A stretch of DNA of 64,000 nucleotides from the human T2T-CHM13v2.0 reference genome, Homo sapiens: assembly GCF_009914755.1 (NCBI RefSeq), contig NC_060932.1; one strand, written 5' to 3'. Shown here piece after piece: positions 50,328-64,000 of the stretch. Made by a program: the position numbers and the translations under genes. The first letter of the stretch is position 1. Each line of letters starts with the position of its first letter. Below the pieces are notes generated by a model that was given only the letters and a program-made list of their open reading frames with translations, ran no database searches and was not told the DNA's origin.

Positions 50328-51219
50328 ATTTCATCAGCTTTCGATAGTGTGCGGCAGTTCACGAATCCACCTTCACTGGCACTTGTATGGCAGCTGGGTT
50401 TCTGGAAGGAGTAATATCTTTGTCATTAGTTTAGTGGTGCGCAGGGACAGCAGAGCTGAGGGAAGGCTTGTGAGCCCTCTGCTTTGAATGAGTATCAGAG
50501 TCGGGAGGGCACTAGTCACTGTCCTCAAGGGCCTTGCAACTGTCGTTAGCAGAAGAGGACACAAACATCTAGACAATGGCCAAATGGAGCCCTCAGGCAA
50601 TATGTACTTTAATAGGCACTAGCAAGAGGTGGAGGTCACTTCTAGATGGTGTTTCATATGAATGTGGACTTGGTGGATCTCCAAAAAGGGAGCCACTGCT
50701 TCCAGTAGGATTCATTTTAGGGTTTGTTGTCAGGTCTGTTCTTCCGGTCATACGGTTGGGTAGCAGATAGGGCAGGGAGGGTCAGTCAGTGGCGTTCTTG
50801 GGGTGATACAGCTGGGTAGTGGGTAGGGCAGGGAGAGTGGCTTGTGTTGGGCCTGCAAGGTCCTAGCAGACGTGCGGGTTGATTGCAAATTCCTAATAGG
50901 AAAGAGCCAGGGTCAGGCACAGGCCTGGCTTTATCCCCACACCTGAGTAAGACGCTTTGGTTCTTATCCCAGTCTCTCATCTGGCCAGCTTCCTGTTTTG
51001 AGTTTGAGCCATGTCCCTGACTGACCCTCCCTCTATTAAGAGGGATTGGCCTGTTTTTGGAAGCTGGGCTGAGCCCATGTCTCTTGACCGTATATATTTC
51101 CATGTCCAAGAGCTTAAAAAAGACTTACTTAGATGCAATATAGGTATGTCTTCCCCTTTAGGAAACAAATAATGTTGTCCTGGGATGAGAGGAGAAGTCC
51201 TGGCTAACACTTGACCTAA

Positions 51220-52557
<1,338 letters not shown>

Positions 52558-52733
52558 TCATTTTTTTTTTTTTTCTTTTGAGAGGGAGTCTTGCTCTGTC
52601 CGCCAGGCTGGAGTGCAGTGGCGCGATCTGGGCTCACTGCAAACTCCGCCTCCTGGGTTCACGCCGTTCTCCTGTCTCAGCCTCCTGAGTAGCTGGGACT
52701 ACAGGCGCCCGCCACCACTCCCAGCTAATTTTT

Positions 52734-58839
<6,106 letters not shown>

Positions 58840-59829
58840 CCACGCCCAGCTAATTTTTTGTATTTTTTAGTAGAGATGGAGTTTCACTGTGTTAGCCAGG
58901 ATGGTCTCGATCTGACCTCGTGATCTGCCTGCCTTGGCCTCCCAAAGTGCTGGGAGTACAGGCGGGAGCCACCGCGTCTGGCCGCCTGACCCCATTCTTG
59001 ATAGTATTAAATAATACCACCAGCATCCAGTTTGCTGGTTCAGTCTCTTGGGGCATTATTGCGATTTTTTCAATTTCCTTGTAGCATAACATATATATGT
59101 GTAAAATTCATGTAACGTTTTGGTATCTGTTCAAATGCTGTAAAGTTCAATTTTGAGGATAATCCCCAGGTAGGGCATGGGAGAGTGATGGTATTGTGCT
59201 TGGCTATTTGCATTGCTTCTTTATCAGAAGCATGTCGGAGTCCCATCTCATTTGTGATTACTTCCTCTCTTACTATAAATTGCTAGGTGGAGTTCACTCA
59301 GGTGACAGTTACTTCTTTCCCCCACCCACCATTAGTGACAAAAATTCCGACGGAAATGTTTAAATTCTTCCATTTGGGGTCCTATTCAACAATCAGTTAA
59401 TAAAGCCGTGTTGTCTTCTAGCTTCTTTCAAGATACGTAACTAGCAAGTTCATCACTGAATCTCACTTTCTCTGGGTGCTTCCTACAATGTTAGTTATCT
59501 AGTTTGGGGGGCGTTTTAGTCATTGTTACTCTTTCCCCCTCTGCCCTTGTCATTAATGTGTCCTCTGGCTGTGGATTTCCTTAGGGTGAAGGACAGGCGA
59601 GACGTGCCTGAGTGGGCACAGAGCTTGGTCAGCCATGGATATGAAAGCTGCTATTTTCAGCCCTTCTGTGGGACCTGAGGGTCCGCGGAGGTGCATCCTG
59701 GGCCATCACCATAGGGTCAGGGGTTCAGTGGGACACTAAGAACAGGTGGGCTGCACCCTTTCTTCCTTCAACCACAGAGATCCAAAAGTTTGAATTTCGT
59801 TAGTTTACTTATTTTATTTTTAAATTTTA

Positions 59830-60350
59830 AATCACAGGTATATTGATGTATAATTTACGTACCATAAAACTCCCATGTTGAAAGTGTACAATTTGATGAT
59901 ATTTGCTCTATTCAGAGTTGTGCAGCTATCACCAGTCTGTAATTCTGGAAGGTTTTCCTTACCCCACGAAGAACCCTGCACTAACCGCCAGTCACTCCCC
60001 ACATCACAACTCCCCCAGCCCCAGGCAACCCCAGCCTACTTGTTGTCTCTACACATGTACCTGCTCTAGACAGTCCGTATACATGAAGTCATATAACGTG
60101 GCTTTTTGTGCCTGGCTGCTTCCACTTAGCATATTTTTTGAGGTTCATCCATGTTGCATATGTCAGCACTTCCTTCCAAAATTGCTGAATTAGATTCCGC
60201 TTTAGGGATACACCACATTTTGCTCACCCATTTATTAGTCAGTGAACATTTGACTTGTGTCCCCTTTTTTGCTGTTGTGAACAATGCTCCTATATGTATG
60301 TGTACAAGTTTTTGTGTGAACATATGTTTTCAGTTCTCTTGGATATAGGA
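59830..60350 (-). mobile_element. L1MB-like 3' fragment
   Basis: Antisense L1M 3' UTR motifs (GAGGTTCATCCATGTTG, TACACCACATTTTGCTCACCCATT). Confidence 0.65.
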
Positions 60351-60564
60351 ATAGAATTGTCTGCTGATTTCTTTTGAATGGGTGTTTTGCTGTGAGATTT
60401 CATGGAGAGGGAACATCTGGAGAACCTAACGTAGTCAGTAAGTTTTTGTATTACTGCCAAAAAGGCCAAGAAATGAGTCACCGGGAATTTCCTAAAGACA
60501 TGTGCTTAGTTCCCTTCTATTTGCATTTAGTTCACCCGTGTTTTATTTTTCTGCCCCCACTCAG

Positions 60565-60686
60565 GAGAGGAGCTGCCTTTCTCTTCGAGACATCACGTCC
60601 AGCTGGCCCCAGTGGCTGCTCATCCTGGTGCTGGAAGGCCTGTGGCTGGGCTTGACATTCCTCCTGCCAGTCCCTGGGTGCCCTAC
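60565..60686 (+). CDS. HGSNAT: HGSNAT exon 12 (122 nt)
   Basis: CTCAG acceptor; [40 protein letters not shown]; donor TAC|GTAAGC. Confidence 0.96.
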
Positions 60687-61302
60687 GTAAGCGAACCCCT
60701 GGGGGTCATCCCTTGTGCATGTCCTGTTCTGCCCAGTCAGAGGTTCTGGGCTTTCACAGGTCTCGAGTCAGAGGAATTCTCTTTCCCTCTTCCTTCTCCT
60801 TTGAGGCCTGCTTTGCATGGGGAGAGGAGATTGGCACGTGTCCAGAGTGATTTCCCTGTGGGTGGTGTGAGGGTCAGCTTGAATAGAATTCGGGCCTCCC
60901 ACCTTCATAGTGTGGGAGCAGTTTGTCAGTGAGCGTGCATGAGCCAGAAGGACGTTTTAGCTGGCTCATGTTTGGGGCTCTCTGAATTGGGCTGCATACA
61001 TAGCCAATATAAACCATGTTTTTTTTTTCTCTTTTTGGAGATGGAATCTTGCTCTGTCGCCCAGGCAGGAGTGCAGTGGCATGAACTCGGCTCACTGCAA
61101 CCTCCGCCTCCCAGGTTCAAGCGATTCTCCTGCATTAGCCTCCTGAGTAGCTGGGATTACAGGCGCACACCACCATGCCCGGCTAATTTTTGTATTTTAA
61201 TAGAGACGGGGTTTCACCATGTTGGCCAGGTTGGTCTCAAATTCCTGACCTCAGGTGATCTGCCCGCCTTGGCCTCCCAAAGTGTTGGGATTACAGGCGT
61301 GA

Positions 61303-61635
<333 letters not shown>

Positions 61636-62784
61636 TGATGATTATTTGAAAAGTCAGCTAACTTAATGACTTTAGGGATCACTGTATGGCAGTGTGTAAA
61701 CATTATTTTGGATTTTAAAGTGAGAATGTGGAGCTGGACACAGTGGCTCACACCTGCATTCCCAGCTACTCGGGAGGCCAAGGTGAGAGGATTGCTTGAG
61801 CCCAGGAATCTGAGACCAGCCTGTGCAATAGTGAGACCCCGTCTCTGTAAGGAAAAAAAAAACAAAAAACAAAAAAAAAAGCAAGTGAGAATGCATTGTG
61901 TAAATGATCATAGCACAGTGCTTTTCTGTACGTCTCAGGTCGGATTTCCTGGCAGCAGACCCTGAGACAGAGGGTCACATGCAGGAAGTGGATCAGGCAG
62001 TCCTTGCGGGGGAATAAAGGAGGCAGGACCGTGCAGAGGGAGAAGTTGACCTGCACGGTCAACTTTGTAGGTAGCCCCAGCAAAGGCCCCAGCCAATCTT
62101 GGGGGCACCGGGGTGGCGCTGCAGAATTGTTCTGAATTGAGGCAAAGGTTTGGGCCCTTCCTACCCCTGGATGGTGCGGAAGGCCCCCTGCAGAAGGCTG
62201 ATCCCTGGAGAGGCAGCTCTCTTTAGTCAAGGGCAGATCCAGAAGAGGCACCTGTCTGAGAGCTGTGGTCATGAATACTTCCAGCAGCTGGAGGAATGAA
62301 GGTTTTGTGCTGAAAGGGTTGGAGGGCTCTGAGGGTGTGTGACAGCACCTAATTACACTGTTCATTTCCAGATTTCTACAATTTCTGCAGTAACATTTAT
62401 TTTATAATAAAAAAAGAAACATATTTAAAAATGTTATTTGCCTTAAAAGAAGATAGGAAGCTGTTGTTGCTACAGTAGGGTTGACCAAAAAGAATAAATC
62501 TGGAAATTAGGAAGGTACCGTGCATTGCATTTGAAGCTGGTCAGGAAGGCGTCATGTCACAAGGCCTGGAGCCAGCGCTGTTTGCTGCCCCCGCTGCAAT
62601 CACAGTGGCTGCTGGACTGTGACTTGTCCCTGGGAGTCTCTGTTCCCTGCTGAGTGTCCACACTGCACACTTTCTTAGCCGGAAGCATTCTGCCTGTTAT
62701 CCCTATAAGTTGGCAATGAATTTCTGCAGCAAAAACAGAAAACCATGACATACTGGAGTGTATTCAGGTTTGTATTTGGTCTAG

Positions 62785-63015
<231 letters not shown>

Positions 63016-63170
63016 TAATTGGAAGCATATTCTCTCTTGTGCTATGGGCCTAATATATTCTGTTATCTTTGACAGATTGTGCAGAACCAAAAGTTACTGA
63101 AATTCAGCACATTCAAGTAATTAGATATAATTCTTATATTCTCAAAAAAAATTCTTACTTATATGGCTTA

Positions 63171-63332
<162 letters not shown>

Positions 63333-63595
63333 TTAAAAATATTAGCCAGGCATGATGGCACACACCTGTAGTCCCAGCTACTTGGGAGCTGAGGTAGGAG
63401 TATGGCTTGAACCAAGGAGGTTGAGGCTGCAGTGAGCCTTGATTGCACCACTGCACTCCTGGCTGGGCAACAGAGTGAGACCCTGTCTCAAAAAAGAAAA
63501 AAAGGTTTTCCTGATGGAGTGTGCAGAGTGTGTGGGTATTGGTAACATTGGGAAGTCACTGTGTCATTTGTCACACTTCTTTCATGTACACTCAT

Positions 63596-64000
63596 ATTAG
63601 TCTGTGTGTCCTGACCTAACAAAATACCCGAGACTGGGTAATTCATAAAGAACAGTAACACTGCAGGTTCATTTGTCTGGTGAGGGTCTGGTCTCTCCTC
63701 CCAAGGTGGCAACTTGATTGGGGCATGTCCTTCAGGGGGGACAAATGCTGTGTCCTCACACGGTGTCCCCACCAGCTGGTGAAAGGGCAGAGACAGGACT
63801 TACTGCCTCAAGCCCTTTTCTAAGGCCATTCATGAGGGTGGAGCCCTCACGCTGCATCCCGTGAATGGGATTGTTGCCCTTATGAAAGAGAAGCCCCAGA
63901 GACCTGCCTTGCCTCTTCTACCATGTGAGGACAGAACAAGAAGTCGCCATCTATCTGAAAACAGGCCTTCACCAGATACCGAATCTACTGGTGCCTTGAT
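63596..64000. mobile_element. ERVL-MaLR LTR fragments (MST/MLT1A-like)
   Basis: AACAAAATACCCGAGACTGGGTAATTCATAAAGAACAG; CCATGTGAGGACA...AGGCCTTCACCAGATACCGAATCTACTGGTGCCTTGAT. Confidence 0.7.

Noticed and set aside
47752-50487. Repetitive ORFs and a CRISPR-like repeat pattern, including (SP)n, (EG)n, (ER)n peptides
   Set aside because: SVA VNTR and hexamer; tandem units with no unique spacers.

Overview
Human (or great-ape) genomic DNA containing the promoter CpG island and exons 1-14 of HGSNAT (TMEM76, lysosomal heparan-alpha-glucosaminide N-acetyltransferase, the MPS IIIC gene) on the + strand. I placed all 14 exons by hand at GT/AG boundaries. They join into an uninterrupted 1464-nt frame (488 codons) from the ATG at 9430, and the gene continues past the window. 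The rest is mostly transposon-derived: a deleted MER61/MER4-group ERV1 provirus just upstream of the promoter, about 45 Alus, a near-complete Tigger1, several L1s including a full-length antisense L1PA inside an Alu, and a full-length antisense SVA (F-like) in intron 10. I found no new gene or new biological system; the other ORFs in the track are Alu, L1, SVA, Tigger or CpG-island artefacts. The best observations are mechanistic: an L1 3' transduction, a locally templated inverted duplication in a multi-layer transposon nest, the SVA with an interrupted hexamer tract, an L1 antisense promoter aimed at exon 12, G-quadruplex motifs over the start codon, an RBFOX/UG-rich duplicated tract before exon 2, and an 11-bp direct repeat at both ends of intron 3. 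Repeat subfamily names come from my recall of consensus sequences and need RepeatMasker/Dfam confirmation.
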